The position numbers were made by a program, and so were the translations under genes. 64,000 nt of DNA from a bacterium (GTDB lineage Bacteria > SAR324 > NAC60-12): the NCBI GenBank assembly GCA_965209155.1, contig OZ242383.1, positions 3,328,001 to 3,392,000 on the forward strand. The letters run 5' to 3'. Below the pieces are notes generated by a model that was given only the letters and a program-made list of their open reading frames with translations, ran no database searches and was not told where the DNA came from. Shown in pieces: positions 39,485 to 50,204 of the stretch (position 1 is its first letter; every line of letters begins with the position of its first letter).

Positions 39485-40476
39485 AGTTTGTCGATTCCAT
39501 AAAAATTCATGTGCGTTCCGGTACGGGAGGATCGGGTTGCAGTTCCTTTCGACGTGAAAAATACGTACCACGAGGAGGCCCGGATGGGGGAGATGGGGGC
39601 AGCGGTGGAAATATCATATTTTTTGGTGATCCTCAAAAAAATACATTGCTGGATTTGTCATTCAATCAACATCAACATGCTTTAAACGGTCTGACCGGCG
39701 CAGGGAAAAACCAGCAAGGAAAAAACGGGCAAGACCGCAGAATTCCGGTTCCTTTGGGAACCGTTGTCAAAGACTCTGAAAGTGGAGAAGTTCTTTTGGA
39801 AATCCTCGAGGCGAAATCTTATCTTTTTTTGAAGGGAGGAAAGGGTGGGGCCGGCAATGCCAGGTTCAAGAGCTCAACCAATCAAGCGCCTGAATATCAT
39901 CATTCCGGAAAAGAAGGGCAAGAGCGTTGGCTGCGATTGGAACTGAAATTGATGGCGGATGTCGGCTTGGTTGGGTTACCCAATGCAGGAAAATCCACTT
40001 TTATCCGTGCTGTTTCACAAGCGCATCCAAAGGTTGCGGATTATCCGTTCACCACCCTCGTTCCCCACCTCGGAGTTGTTCGAACGGAAAACTATGAAAC
40101 GTTCGTGGTGGCGGACATTCCAGGAATTATACAAGGGGCTCATGCCGGAGGTGGATTAGGAGATCGTTTTTTACGTCATATCGAACGTACATCGATTTTG
40201 GCCATATTGCTCGATATTTCAGAATATTCAGAGCATCCCCCCTTGGATGCGTATTCTATTTTGCTCAAAGAACTGCAATTGTTTTCCACGTTCCTTATTG
40301 AAAAACCGCGCTTGATCATTTTGACCAAGCTGGACACGGTTTATGATCAACAAATGCTGGAGGAACTTTCAGGAAAACTGGAATCATTGGGAGAAGTCGT
40401 CTTTGCGGTTTCGGCGACCACCGGAAAAAATCTGCAACCTGCGTTGCAATTCATGGCAAATGCAGTTAATAACTGA
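39481..40476 (+). CDS. obgE: Obg GTPase
   Basis: MKFVD, FRREKYVPRGGPDGGDGG, GLPNAGKST, DYPFTT, DIPG; ATGA overlap with lptF. Confidence 0.96.
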   Translation: MKFVDSIKIHVRSGTGGSGCSSFRREKYVPRGGPDGGDGGSGGNIIFFGDPQKNTLLDLSFNQHQHALNGLTGAGKNQQGKNGQDRRIPVPLGTVVKDSESGEVLLEILEAKSYLFLKGGKGGAGNARFKSSTNQAPEYHHSGKEGQERWLRLELKLMADVGLVGLPNAGKSTFIRAVSQAHPKVADYPFTTLVPHLGVVRTENYETFVVADIPGIIQGAHAGGGLGDRFLRHIERTSILAILLDISEYSEHPPLDAYSILLKELQLFSTFLIEKPRLIILTKLDTVYDQQMLEELSGKLESLGEVVFAVSATTGKNLQPALQFMANAVNN

Positions 40477-40580
40477 GTTTGCGTAAACAAATTTTGCAAG
40501 TATGCCCTTGATTGATCCTTTAAGCGTCAAAACAGGATCAGCGCAAAATTTCGAAAAACCTGGACCAGTCAGGAATCTCC

Positions 40581-40826
40581 ATGAACCTGGAACTTTACTA
40601 TCATGACATGTGTCCTTTTTGTCACCTCGTGATGCGTACCATCGAGGAACTGGGAATCGAGGAGCGCGTCTTGTTCAAAGATATTTTGCAACACCATGAA
40701 TTCGCTGAAGAATTAATGCGGATCAATGGACACCGACAAGTGCCATGTCTGGTTATCGATGGACAACCAATGATCGAATCGGCGGACATCAATCAATACC
40801 TCAACGCCAACTTTTCCCATTTTTAA
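40581..40826 (+). CDS. Glutaredoxin-like protein (CPFC)
   Basis: CPFC, QVPCL, ESADI. Confidence 0.85.
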   Translation: MNLELYYHDMCPFCHLVMRTIEELGIEERVLFKDILQHHEFAEELMRINGHRQVPCLVIDGQPMIESADINQYLNANFSHF

Positions 40827-41144
40827 AACCGGTATAAAAAGCGCTAACCACCTTATCTTTGTAAAAATTCGCCGTTCGAGTAGGCAACGGGTAAAAGTTT
40901 GAGTTGCAAATTCGTATGATTGCGCTACGATACTGCCATCATCGGATCTGTTTGTACGGATCTTAACCTGGAAATTACCAGGTTATCTTTCAAATCTCAG
41001 ATGTACTGTTTTGATTGTTCGTTCCCCTTCAAAGATGTTTCATTGCAAACGAATGTGAGAAATCCCGACGTTCCATGTCGAGAGGACACCGGGGGATAAC
41101 CTGATGAGCCAGTACGGAAATCACTTTAAAAAGTAAGGAGAATC

Positions 41145-41615
41145 ATGATTGAAGTAGGAGCACAAGCCCCTGAATTTAAATTGGCAAGTCACTTGGGAGG
41201 AAAAGAATTTTCCCTGAGCCAGTTCAAAGGAGAAAAGAATGTGATGCTGGTTTTCTATCCTTTGGATTGGACAGGCACTTGAAGCAAGGAGATGCCGGAT
41301 ATTGAATCACGGATTGGTGATTTCAAAGCGGCAGACACTCAAGTTCTGGGTGTTAGTATAGACAGTCATTATTGCCATGAAAACTGGGCATCTTCCCTGG
41401 GCGGGATTTCATATCCGTTGCTCGCCGACTTTCATCCCAAAGGCGCAATGGCGAGGAGTTATGGATTGTTTTTAGAAGACAATGGCATTACCGATAGAGC
41501 TACGGTGATAATCGACAAGCAAGGTATCGTGCGTTATGCGCATTCCGTCACACCTGGCGGGCATCGCCAGTCCGAAGATCTTTTGACCGAATGTCAGAAA
41601 GTGAACGCGGGATAA
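41145..41615 (+). CDS. Selenocysteine-containing peroxiredoxin (in-frame TGA at 41280-41282)
   Basis: AAGGAG RBS. Reads MIEVGAQAPEFKL...FYPLDWTGT-TGA-SKEMP in one frame, with TGA at the peroxidatic Cys of PxxxTxxC. Confidence 0.9.
41293..41333 (+). promoter_or_regulatory. Candidate bacterial SECIS element
   Basis: TGCCG..TTGAATCAC-GGATTG-GTGATTTCAA..CGGCA; G-first apical loop 28 nt after the TGA. Confidence 0.7.
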
Positions 41616-41616
41616 A

Positions 41617-41859
41617 ATGTCATTGGAACTCTACTATTATAACGAGTGCGAATTTTCACGAAACGTTTTGAATATCATTAAAAATCTGAAGATCGAGGAG
41701 CGAATCGTCCTGAAAAATATTCGCGAAAATCCGCAATATGAAAAAGAATTGATCGTGCTGTGCGGGAATCGTCAGGTACCGACTCTCAACATCAATGGAC
41801 AGGCTATGCGGGAATCTGAAGCGATCAATGCGTATTTGCTCGACCGATTTTTAGATTGA
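41617..41859 (+). CDS. Glutaredoxin-like protein (CEFS, monothiol)
   Basis: Paralog of 40581..40826; QVPTL, ESEAI. Confidence 0.8.
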   Translation: MSLELYYYNECEFSRNVLNIIKNLKIEERIVLKNIRENPQYEKELIVLCGNRQVPTLNINGQAMRESEAINAYLLDRFLD

Positions 41860-41908
41860 GTTCGAGAAGGAAGAAGGAAACGACTTTTTGTTCTCCTATT
41901 TCCTTCTC

Positions 41909-42460
41909 TCAAGTGGCCTCCAACCCTCTGGCAACAATCACCTTTCCGGAACGAACCATTTCAATAATTCCAATCGGGTTGAGAATTTTTTCCAGGGCAT
42001 CGAGCTTCTCGGTAGTACCAGTGGCTTCCAGAATCAAGGATTCCTCGGTGAAGTCGACGATTTTTGCGCGAAAGACTTCTACGATCTGAAAAACCTCAGC
42101 GCGATCTTCGGTTTTAACTCTCATTTTGAACAAAGCCAGTTCCCGTTCTACGGAACTCTGAGAAACGTGGTGATAGGCATGCACTACGTCAATCAGCTTA
42201 TTCAGTTGCCGGATGATTTGATCGAAGCCTTGCGGGTCCCCTTGGGTCACTATAGTGATTCGCGAAAAACGAGGATTGTGTGCGCGGGAAACAACCAGAG
42301 AGTCGATGTTATAACCACGTCTGGCGAATGTTTGAGTGAGCCGCATTAAAACCCCCGGTTTGTTGTTGACCATGATGCTGATGGTTTTAGGATCTTCGAT
42401 TTCTTGCCACTCCACTTTGTTCGTTATTGTTTCCATATCAATTTCCGTAAAGGCGCGCAC
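41909..42460 (-). CDS. ilvN: Acetolactate synthase small subunit (start uncertain)
   Basis: [31 protein letters not shown]. Confidence 0.93.
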   Translation of the reverse strand: MRAFTEIDMETITNKVEWQEIEDPKTISIMVNNKPGVLMRLTQTFARRGYNIDSLVVSRAHNPRFSRITIVTQGDPQGFDQIIRQLNKLIDVVHAYHHVSQSSVERELALFKMRVKTEDRAEVFQIVEVFRAKIVDFTEESLILEATGTTEKLDALEKILNPIGIIEMVRSGKVIVARGLEAT

Positions 42461-42478
42461 AAAAAGTCTTCAGGAGAA

Positions 42479-44230
42479 TCAGGTACTGCCGGTTGGTTTT
42501 TCCATTTGAAACTTTGGCGCTTCAAGCAACATATCCTTGACCGGCGCGCCTGCCGGAATCATCGGGTAGACATTGTCTTCTTTTATCACGACCGCATCGA
42601 TAATACAGGGCCCTTCATTGTATGCCAGCGCTTTTTTAAGAATGCGCGTAACATCCCCCCGTCGACGAATGTGATATCCCTGGATTCCATAAGCTTCTCC
42701 CAACTTTACAAAATCAGGATTTCCGTCCAGGTCAACTCCACTCAAACGGTTTTCAAAGAACATTTGCTGCCATTGTCTCACCATTCCCAAATAAGCGTTG
42801 TTGATGATGAGGATTTTGATTGGAAGTTTATGAATGGCTGCCGTTGCCAGTTCTGCTTCGGTCATTTGAAATCCCCCGTCTCCGACGATAGCCACAACCA
42901 TTTCGTCCGGCCTTCCGAGCTGTGCTCCAATTGCAGCAGGAAAGCCGAATCCCATCGTTCCTGCGCCACCACTGGATATCCATTGACGCTCCCAAGTACA
43001 TTTGTAGAATTGGGCCGCCCACATCTGGTGTTGTCCTACATCGGTAGTGACAACGGCTCTCCCTTCCGTCAGGTGGTAGAGTTCATCGAGTACGTGCTGA
43101 GCGCGTAATCCTCCACGCTTTGGATATTTCAAGGGATATTGTTTTTTCCATTGGTTGATTTGTTGGAACCATTGTTTTGTGTCCAGCTTTTTAACGTACT
43201 TGTATAATTCTTCCACGACAATCCGGGCATCGCCCTGAATGGATACGTCTGGTTGAACAATTTTGCCGAATTCCGCCGGATCGATGTCAATGTGCAGTTT
43301 TTTGGCAGCGGGGCAGAATTCATCCACTTTCCCGGTTATCCGGTCGTCCCAACGCGCTCCGATCGCAAAAATCAAATCACAGTCAACGACCGCTTTATTC
43401 GCATAAGCGGTTCCGTGCATTCCCAACATGCCTACCGAAAGGTCGTCTGTTTCGGGAAATGATCCCTTTCCCAACAAAGTCGTTGTGACCGGGGCACGTA
43501 ATTTTCTGGCCAGTTTCAAGATTGCTTTTCCTGCGCCAGAAATAACAGCCCCATGTCCTATGTACAACAAAGGACGCTTGGATTCGTTCAACAATTTCGC
43601 TGCCTTTTTCAGTTGATCCGTATTGAATCGAAACTTGGGATCGTTTGTATAACCGGGAAGATCCAATTCGTTGGGAAAGGTGGTTTTGCATTCGGCACTG
43701 ACCACGTCTTTAGGCAGATCAACCAATACAGGCCCCGGACGACCCGTGGTCGTGATAAAGAACGCTTCGGTCATTACACGGGGAAGATCATCGACATCCT
43801 TAACCAGGTAACTGTGCTTCACCACAGGCATGGTGATTCCAAATATATCCCCTTCCTGGAAAGCGTCTTTGCCCAGGTTCGGAGTGATGGTTTGCCCTGT
43901 CAGGACAACAATCGGAGCCGAATCCATTTGAGCCGTGAGGAGTCCCGTGACCGTATTGGTCGCGCCAGGACCGGAAGTCACTAAGACCACTCCAGGCTTG
44001 CCTGTCGCCCGTGCATATCCATCTGCCATATGTGCCGCACCCTGTTCATGCCGGACCAGGATCAGCTTCAGCTTTTTTGAATCAAACAAAGCGTCAAAAA
44101 TCGGCATGCAAGCGCCACCCGGATAACCAAATACATACTCCACACCGGCCCGTTCCAAGGCTTCGATTACTACTTCCGAACCGTTCATTTTCTCCCCCCT
44201 TGCCACTATGAGTGCCTTCCCATCGAACAC
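42479..44230 (-). CDS. ilvB: Acetolactate synthase large subunit
   Basis: FGYPGG, RHEQGA, TSGPGATN, GMHG, GDGGFQM. Confidence 0.96.
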   Translation of the reverse strand: MFDGKALIVARGEKMNGSEVVIEALERAGVEYVFGYPGGACMPIFDALFDSKKLKLILVRHEQGAAHMADGYARATGKPGVVLVTSGPGATNTVTGLLTAQMDSAPIVVLTGQTITPNLGKDAFQEGDIFGITMPVVKHSYLVKDVDDLPRVMTEAFFITTTGRPGPVLVDLPKDVVSAECKTTFPNELDLPGYTNDPKFRFNTDQLKKAAKLLNESKRPLLYIGHGAVISGAGKAILKLARKLRAPVTTTLLGKGSFPETDDLSVGMLGMHGTAYANKAVVDCDLIFAIGARWDDRITGKVDEFCPAAKKLHIDIDPAEFGKIVQPDVSIQGDARIVVEELYKYVKKLDTKQWFQQINQWKKQYPLKYPKRGGLRAQHVLDELYHLTEGRAVVTTDVGQHQMWAAQFYKCTWERQWISSGGAGTMGFGFPAAIGAQLGRPDEMVVAIVGDGGFQMTEAELATAAIHKLPIKILIINNAYLGMVRQWQQMFFENRLSGVDLDGNPDFVKLGEAYGIQGYHIRRRGDVTRILKKALAYNEGPCIIDAVVIKEDNVYPMIPAGAPVKDMLLEAPKFQMEKPTGST

Positions 44231-44424
44231 TGTTATCGCTAAAAAACAAGATCTCTTTTATAATCGTGACAATTTATATTCATTTTGGAATCAAATGTCA
44301 ACTCATAGTATAGATTTTCATTTGTCGAGTGAAATTTTTTTTTGAGGCGCAACTTTCCTCTTTAAAAAATGAGATAGAAAGTCTACATCTGAACTTGTAG
44401 TCAACTTTTTAGAAAAATGATCCA

Positions 44425-44991
44425 TAATTAATCTCATTAAACCACCAGCTCTGCTGGTGCGAACCTAATAGGCTTTTTCGGTCAGACATGAGAAACGTAT
44501 CCGTGTCCGTTAGCCGTGCTCGTGCTCGTGAACGGTCAGTGAATTCGATGGCACATTTTGGTTAACATAGAAACAATGCGATGAAGTAACTGTTTCCCTT
44601 CGTCAAATAAAGGAGGCTGGATGATCTTCAACACGTTTAAAACATCGAGAATAGCAGCGCATTCCATTGCGGAACCTCGGGCAAATGCATAGAATCGTTG
44701 CTTGTCAGGAAAGGAATTTTTTCCACAGCCTTCTGCGATATTGAGAGGAATCGACCATGAGGTCCTTTTCAGTTGGTCAACTAAGGCTGAGTATCCTTTT
44801 GGCAATGTTTCGATGACTTGGACAGATAACGCTAAAAATTCGATGGAACATTGGTATACATCAAGTTTTTCATGATCTAACATGGCAGCCTTTTTCGTTC
44901 ACGAGCACGAGCACGTCATACGATGACGAACACGTTTTGCCCTCATACTGGGGGCCTCTTCAAGCCACCGGCTCTGCCGGTGGTGATGACT
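44425..44991 (+). mobile_element. Non-autonomous IS200/IS605-ended element carrying a four-helix-bundle gene (copy 2)
   Basis: Offset exactly 9433 bp from copy 1 at both ends; same end hairpins and internal inverted repeats. Confidence 0.85.
44536..44883 (-). CDS. Four-helix-bundle protein (23S rRNA IVP / TIGR02436-like)
   Basis: Differs from 35103..35450 at 4 of 115 aa. Confidence 0.9.
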   Translation of the reverse strand: MLDHEKLDVYQCSIEFLALSVQVIETLPKGYSALVDQLKRTSWSIPLNIAEGCGKNSFPDKQRFYAFARGSAMECAAILDVLNVLKIIQPPLFDEGKQLLHRIVSMLTKMCHRIH

Positions 44992-45653
44992 CCTTCCGTT
45001 CATCGAACAAATCAGCATTTGGGGCTGGTCAAGGGGAGTTCGAAAAGGCGGAGCAACCGTTTATTTTCCTGCAGGTGGGTTCAGCCTGGGACGAACCTAC
45101 GATTGGCTGAAACATTGATGTATGGGTTTCCTCAAAGACTGCGCACTCGATTCAGGTGAGTACGGTATATGATTTTCCCCACGGTTGGTCACGCCCTGAT
45201 AAAATAAGGAAAAGTGAGATATTTAACATTCAAACTCATTTGCGCTTCTTTTGGGAATTAGTGAGAAAAACTTTGAAGTCGAATTTAATTTGCATTTTCT
45301 CTCCGATTCATGTAAGTTAAGCCGTTTGAACGCATAAAAGCTTTGATTAAAGCAAAAAGAGCAGGTAATTTTTACGTGGGAATTTCCTTTCAGTTTTAAT
45401 TGGCAGAGAAGAGGTTGCGCGAATTGATAAACAAGCAACGAAATTTGCTGAAAACTGAAAGAATGCATATTGAGAAACAATCCTCCTACCCAAAGAAAAC
45501 ACCGCGTCTTCTATTAATTGGGTTCCCATTTTGTCGTCAGATTGGCTCAAAATCCAGTCCTGAAGATTCCAAAAGGTTCAAAGATTCCAGACGAATTTGC
45601 ACCTGATTATGCCAATTTGAGTGAAACAAAGACTCCAGAAAGGGGAAAACATT

Positions 45654-48600
45654 ATGCAAACAGGTTATCCGGTTAAACAAGGACTTTACGATCCTCAATT
45701 CGAACACGACAGTTGTGGAGTATCCTTTGTTGTCGATATGAAGGGACGCAAGTCCCACGGCATAATAGAAAAAGGTCAGCAATTGCTTTGCAATTTGAAT
45801 CACCGCGGTGCCTTGGGCGCCGATCCGAAGTCAGGAGATGGCGCGGGGCTCCTGCTGCAGATTCCCCATGAATTTTTTGTGGAACAATGCCAGAAGCAGG
45901 GAATTGCGCTTCCCGAAGAAGGCGAGTATGGCATTGGAATGATTTTTTTCCCCCGTGACGAGAAGCACCGGCATTTTTGCAAACAAGTGATTGAAAACAT
46001 CGTCATCGGAGAAGGATTGCATCTCCTCGGCTGGCGTGACGTTCCCGTCGATTCGAAACATGTGGGACAACAAGCCGCAGAAATACGACCGGTGATTGCG
46101 CAAATTTTTATTGGTCAAAACAAAACGTCGATTCCACAAGAGGCGTTTGAGCGCTTACTTTACGTCGTTCGCAAACAAATACAAAACTCTATCGATTTTG
46201 AAAACTTCACCATCTCCAGCATGTCTTCGAAAACAATTGTTTATAAAGGCATGCTCACTCCTTATCAATTGGGAAAGTTTTATCAGGACCTGCCCCAGGA
46301 AAATTTTAAGAGCGCCTTGGTGGTTGCGCACACGCGATTTCCGACCAATACTTTTCCCCGGTGGGACCTGGCGCATCCATTCCGTTATCTGGCGCATAAT
46401 GGAGAAATCAACACCCTGCGGGGAAACACTAATTGGATGACAGCGCGCCAGGCAATTCTGGCTTCACCACTGTACGACCATATTGAAAAGCTTTTTCCTG
46501 TGATCGTACCAGGAGGAAGCGATTCTTCCAGTATGGACAACGTCATCGAATTCCTGACTCTTTCCGGCTATTCTCTTGCGCATGCCATGATGATGCTGGT
46601 TCCGGAAGCTTGGGAGAATAATCCGGACATGACTGCCAAAAAGCGAGCATTTTATCAATATCATGAACATTTGATGGAACCCTGGGATGGTCCGGCTGCC
46701 CTGGCTTTTACGGATGGCGAGCAAGTTGGCGCCATTTTGGACCGCAATGGCCTGCGACCGGCGCGTTATATTGTCACAAAGGATGACCTGGTGGTAATGG
46801 CCTCGGAGGTTGGAGTCCTGGATATCCCGCCTGAAGACATCGCTCGCAAAGGACGATTGCAACCGGGAAAAATGTTTTTAATAGATACAAAACAAGGTCG
46901 TATCATCGATGACGCCGAATTGAAGGAAGATATCTGCGGTCGATACCCCTACGAGCAATGGTTGGTGAACCAGATGATCCTCTTGAAAGAATTACCTGCT
47001 CCCAATGAAATTCAGAAGACGGATTTTGATACGCTTTTAGCACGTCAGAAGGTGTTCGGTTACACCACGGAAGACCTGCATATACTGCTCGAACCACTAA
47101 TGGTCGACGGTTCGGAAGCGACCGGTTCCATGGGAAATGATGCGCCTCTCGCGGTGCTTTCAGAGCAGCCGATCTTGCTCTATAACTATTTTAAGCAGAT
47201 TTTTGCCCAAGTGAGTAACCCGGCCATCGATTCCATCCGGGAAGAGTTGGTGATGTCGCTGACCAGTCACCTGGGGAAAGAACGAAACCTCTTGAATCCA
47301 ACTCCGGTACATGCCCATTTGTTGAAAATCGAGCATCCGGTTTTGACTAATAGACAACTGGAACAAATCAAAGAACTGCACCGCGAGGATTTCAAAACGA
47401 TCACCTTGAGCATTTTATTTGAAGCAAAACAGGGTCCCCCAGGTATGAAAACAGCACTGGACTCCCTTTGCCAGCAGGCCGAAGAAGCTGCGCGAACGGG
47501 ACACGTCGTGCTCATCCTTTCGGATCGTGGCGTTAACGACAAGCTGGCGCCCATTCCGGCTTTATTGGCAGTGGCTGCTACGCATCATCACTTGATCCGC
47601 AAACGATTGCGTACTTCAGCAGGGATTGTCATCGAAACGGGAGAGGCGCGGGAAGTCGCGCACTTTTGTCTGTTGATCGGTTATGGCGCAGGGGCCGTCA
47701 ATCCTTACCTGGCATTTGAGACTTTTGAACAAATGTTGCGGGAAGGTACGTTTTCCCCGGATCTGACCTATGAAAATGCTATCCGGAATTATTTAAAAGG
47801 CGTCAAAAAAGGGCTGTTCAAAGTCTTTGCGAAGATGGGGATATCCACGATTCAAAGCTACCGGGGCGCCCAGATTTTCGAAGCGATTGGTCTCGATGAA
47901 GAGTTGATCGACAATCACTTCGCCGGTACGCCTTCCCGCATCAGGGGCATTGGATTGGAGGACATCGCGGAAGAATCTCTGATGCGTCATGCCGAAGCCT
48001 ACCAATATTCTCCGGACGTGGAAAATACCCTGGAGCCGGGAGGTCAATATTTCTGGCGCCGTCGTGGAGAATACCATCAAATCAATCCGATAACGGTCCA
48101 TAAACTACAGAATGCCGCCCAAAACAACAATGAGGAGGCTTACCGGGAATTCTCCAGAATTGTCAATGACCAAAATAAAAAAAGAGCCACTCTGAGAGGT
48201 TTGTTGGAATTTAAAAAAGGGAATCCGATTCCCCTTGAAGACGTGGAACCTGCCGAGGAAATTGTCACGCGCTTCGCCACGGGAGCGATGTCTTTGGGGT
48301 CTATCAGTAAAGAAGCCCATGAAACGCTTGCCGTTGCCATGAATCGTATAGGCGCAAAAAGTAACAGTGGGGAAGGTGGAGAAGATCCACTGCGCTACCA
48401 TCGACTGGAGAACGGGGACTGGCCTATCAGTTCCATCAAACAGGTCGCCTCGGGACGATTTGGGGTGACCGCTGAATATCTGGTCAACTGCAACGAACTG
48501 CAAATCAAAATCGCTCAAGGAGCAAAACCGGGTGAAGGAGGACAGTTGCCGGGTTTTAAAGTAAGCGGGTATATTGCTAAAGTGCGCTATTCGACGCCTG

Positions 48601-50147
48601 GCGTATCCCTGATTTCCCCTCCTCCACATCACGATATCTATTCGATCGAGGATTTGGCACAATTGATCTTCGACTTGAAAAATGCCAATCCCGAAGCACG
48701 AATCACAGTCAAATTGGTTTCCGAAGCAGGAGTGGGAACGATTGCCGCAGGCGTGACCAAAGGACATGCCGATATGATTGTCATTTGCGGACACGACGGA
48801 GGAACCGGGGCCTCTCCCCTGACCTCTATCAAACACGCGGGAGTTCCATGGGAACTGGGTATTTCCGAAACCCATCAAACATTACTCCTCAATCGATTGC
48901 GGGGGCGTGTACGTTTACAAACAGATGGACAGCTGAAAACCGGCAGGGACGTAGTCATTGCCGCTATGTTGGGTGCGGAGGAGTTCGGTTTTTCCACGGC
49001 CCCCTTGATTGCAGCGGGTTGTATCATGATGCGAAAATGCCATCTCAATACATGTCCCGTGGGAATTGCCACCCAAAATCCCGTATTGCGAAAAAAATTT
49101 ACAGGACAACCGGAACACGTGATCAATTACTTTTTCTTTATTGCCCGGGAAGTACGGGAGATTATGGCTCAATTGGGATTTCACGAATTTGATCAACTGG
49201 TGGGGCGTTCCGATATGTTGGAACCTCAGAAGGAAGTGAATCACCGCAAGGCAAAAAATGTGGATTTGTCTCAAATTCTGCACCAGGTACCGGCAGGCAG
49301 GAACGATTCAATCTATTGTACCCAACAACAAAATCACGGATTGAAAAAACAATTGGATTATCAATTGATTGAACTGGCGGAGAAAGCAATTGAAAAAAAA
49401 GAACCCGTCCGCATTTCAATGGATATCCGCAATATCAATCGCACGGTTGGCGCCATATTGAGCGGGACAATTGCCAAGAAATATGGATCGGTCGGACTGC
49501 CCGATGAAACCATTCATTGCAAATTGACCGGATCCGCCGGACAAAGCTTTGGCGCGTTTTTGGTTCATGGGGTCACTTTGGAATTGGAGGGCGATGCCAA
49601 CGATTACACGGGCAAGGGCCTCAGTGGTGGTAGATTGATCATATATTTTCCTGAAAATGTGACCTACAAGGCGGATGAAAATATTTTGATTGGTAATACT
49701 GTTCTCTATGGCGCAACCGGTGGGGAAGCTTATTTCAGCGGCGTGGCTGGTGAACGCTTTGCAGTGAGAAATAGCGGTGCCCTCACAGTTGTGGAAGGAG
49801 TTGGGGACCATGGGTGTGAGTACATGACCGGAGGTCGGGCCGTTATTCTCGGGAAAACCGGACGTAATTTCGCGGCAGGAATGAGTGGAGGAATTGCATA
49901 CGTTTTCGATGAGGATGGCTTGTTTCCGTCCCATTGCAACACGAGCATGGTTGAATTGGAAGATTTCGATAATCCGGAAGAACAACAGCAAGTGCGGGAT
50001 TGGATTTGGAAACATGCGCAGTATACCGGCAGCGTCAAGGCTCGTATGCTTTTGGATAACTGGGAGAATACCCTCAACCGGTTAATTAAAGTAATGCCAA
50101 TCGAATACCGTCTGGTCCTGGAAAAAACGAAAGCCCAAGCTGCTTAA
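45654..50147 (+). CDS. gltB: Glutamate synthase large subunit
   Basis: DSCGV N-terminal nucleophile, HNGEIN, EPWDGPA, QGAKPGEGGQLPG, CxxxxxCxxxxC cluster motif. Confidence 0.97.
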   Translation: MQTGYPVKQGLYDPQFEHDSCGVSFVVDMKGRKSHGIIEKGQQLLCNLNHRGALGADPKSGDGAGLLLQIPHEFFVEQCQKQGIALPEEGEYGIGMIFFPRDEKHRHFCKQVIENIVIGEGLHLLGWRDVPVDSKHVGQQAAEIRPVIAQIFIGQNKTSIPQEAFERLLYVVRKQIQNSIDFENFTISSMSSKTIVYKGMLTPYQLGKFYQDLPQENFKSALVVAHTRFPTNTFPRWDLAHPFRYLAHNGEINTLRGNTNWMTARQAILASPLYDHIEKLFPVIVPGGSDSSSMDNVIEFLTLSGYSLAHAMMMLVPEAWENNPDMTAKKRAFYQYHEHLMEPWDGPAALAFTDGEQVGAILDRNGLRPARYIVTKDDLVVMASEVGVLDIPPEDIARKGRLQPGKMFLIDTKQGRIIDDAELKEDICGRYPYEQWLVNQMILLKELPAPNEIQKTDFDTLLARQKVFGYTTEDLHILLEPLMVDGSEATGSMGNDAPLAVLSEQPILLYNYFKQIFAQVSNPAIDSIREELVMSLTSHLGKERNLLNPTPVHAHLLKIEHPVLTNRQLEQIKELHREDFKTITLSILFEAKQGPPGMKTALDSLCQQAEEAARTGHVVLILSDRGVNDKLAPIPALLAVAATHHHLIRKRLRTSAGIVIETGEAREVAHFCLLIGYGAGAVNPYLAFETFEQMLREGTFSPDLTYENAIRNYLKGVKKGLFKVFAKMGISTIQSYRGAQIFEAIGLDEELIDNHFAGTPSRIRGIGLEDIAEESLMRHAEAYQYSPDVENTLEPGGQYFWRRRGEYHQINPITVHKLQNAAQNNNEEAYREFSRIVNDQNKKRATLRGLLEFKKGNPIPLEDVEPAEEIVTRFATGAMSLGSISKEAHETLAVAMNRIGAKSNSGEGGEDPLRYHRLENGDWPISSIKQVASGRFGVTAEYLVNCNELQIKIAQGAKPGEGGQLPGFKVSGYIAKVRYSTPGVSLISPPPHHDIYSIEDLAQLIFDLKNANPEARITVKLVSEAGVGTIAAGVTKGHADMIVICGHDGGTGASPLTSIKHAGVPWELGISETHQTLLLNRLRGRVRLQTDGQLKTGRDVVIAAMLGAEEFGFSTAPLIAAGCIMMRKCHLNTCPVGIATQNPVLRKKFTGQPEHVINYFFFIAREVREIMAQLGFHEFDQLVGRSDMLEPQKEVNHRKAKNVDLSQILHQVPAGRNDSIYCTQQQNHGLKKQLDYQLIELAEKAIEKKEPVRISMDIRNINRTVGAILSGTIAKKYGSVGLPDETIHCKLTGSAGQSFGAFLVHGVTLELEGDANDYTGKGLSGGRLIIYFPENVTYKADENILIGNTVLYGATGGEAYFSGVAGERFAVRNSGALTVVEGVGDHGCEYMTGGRAVILGKTGRNFAAGMSGGIAYVFDEDGLFPSHCNTSMVELEDFDNPEEQQQVRDWIWKHAQYTGSVKARMLLDNWENTLNRLIKVMPIEYRLVLEKTKAQAA

Positions 50148-50204
50148 TGGAAAAAGGTGGCGGGAACGAAGGAGCGATAATACTCAGTAGCAGGCAGGAA
50201 ATCA

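Noticed and set aside
41100..41124. Hammerhead ribozyme-like CTGATGAG...GAAA
   Set aside because: The stem II closing G-C pair before GAAA is missing and I could not identify stems I and III.
5655..44883. Diversity-generating retroelement (RT plus Avd-like four-helix-bundle genes)
   Set aside because: The RT has group II features (YADD, maturase region, DV/DVI right after it). I saw no TR/VR pair, and differences between the duplicated elements are not adenine-specific.
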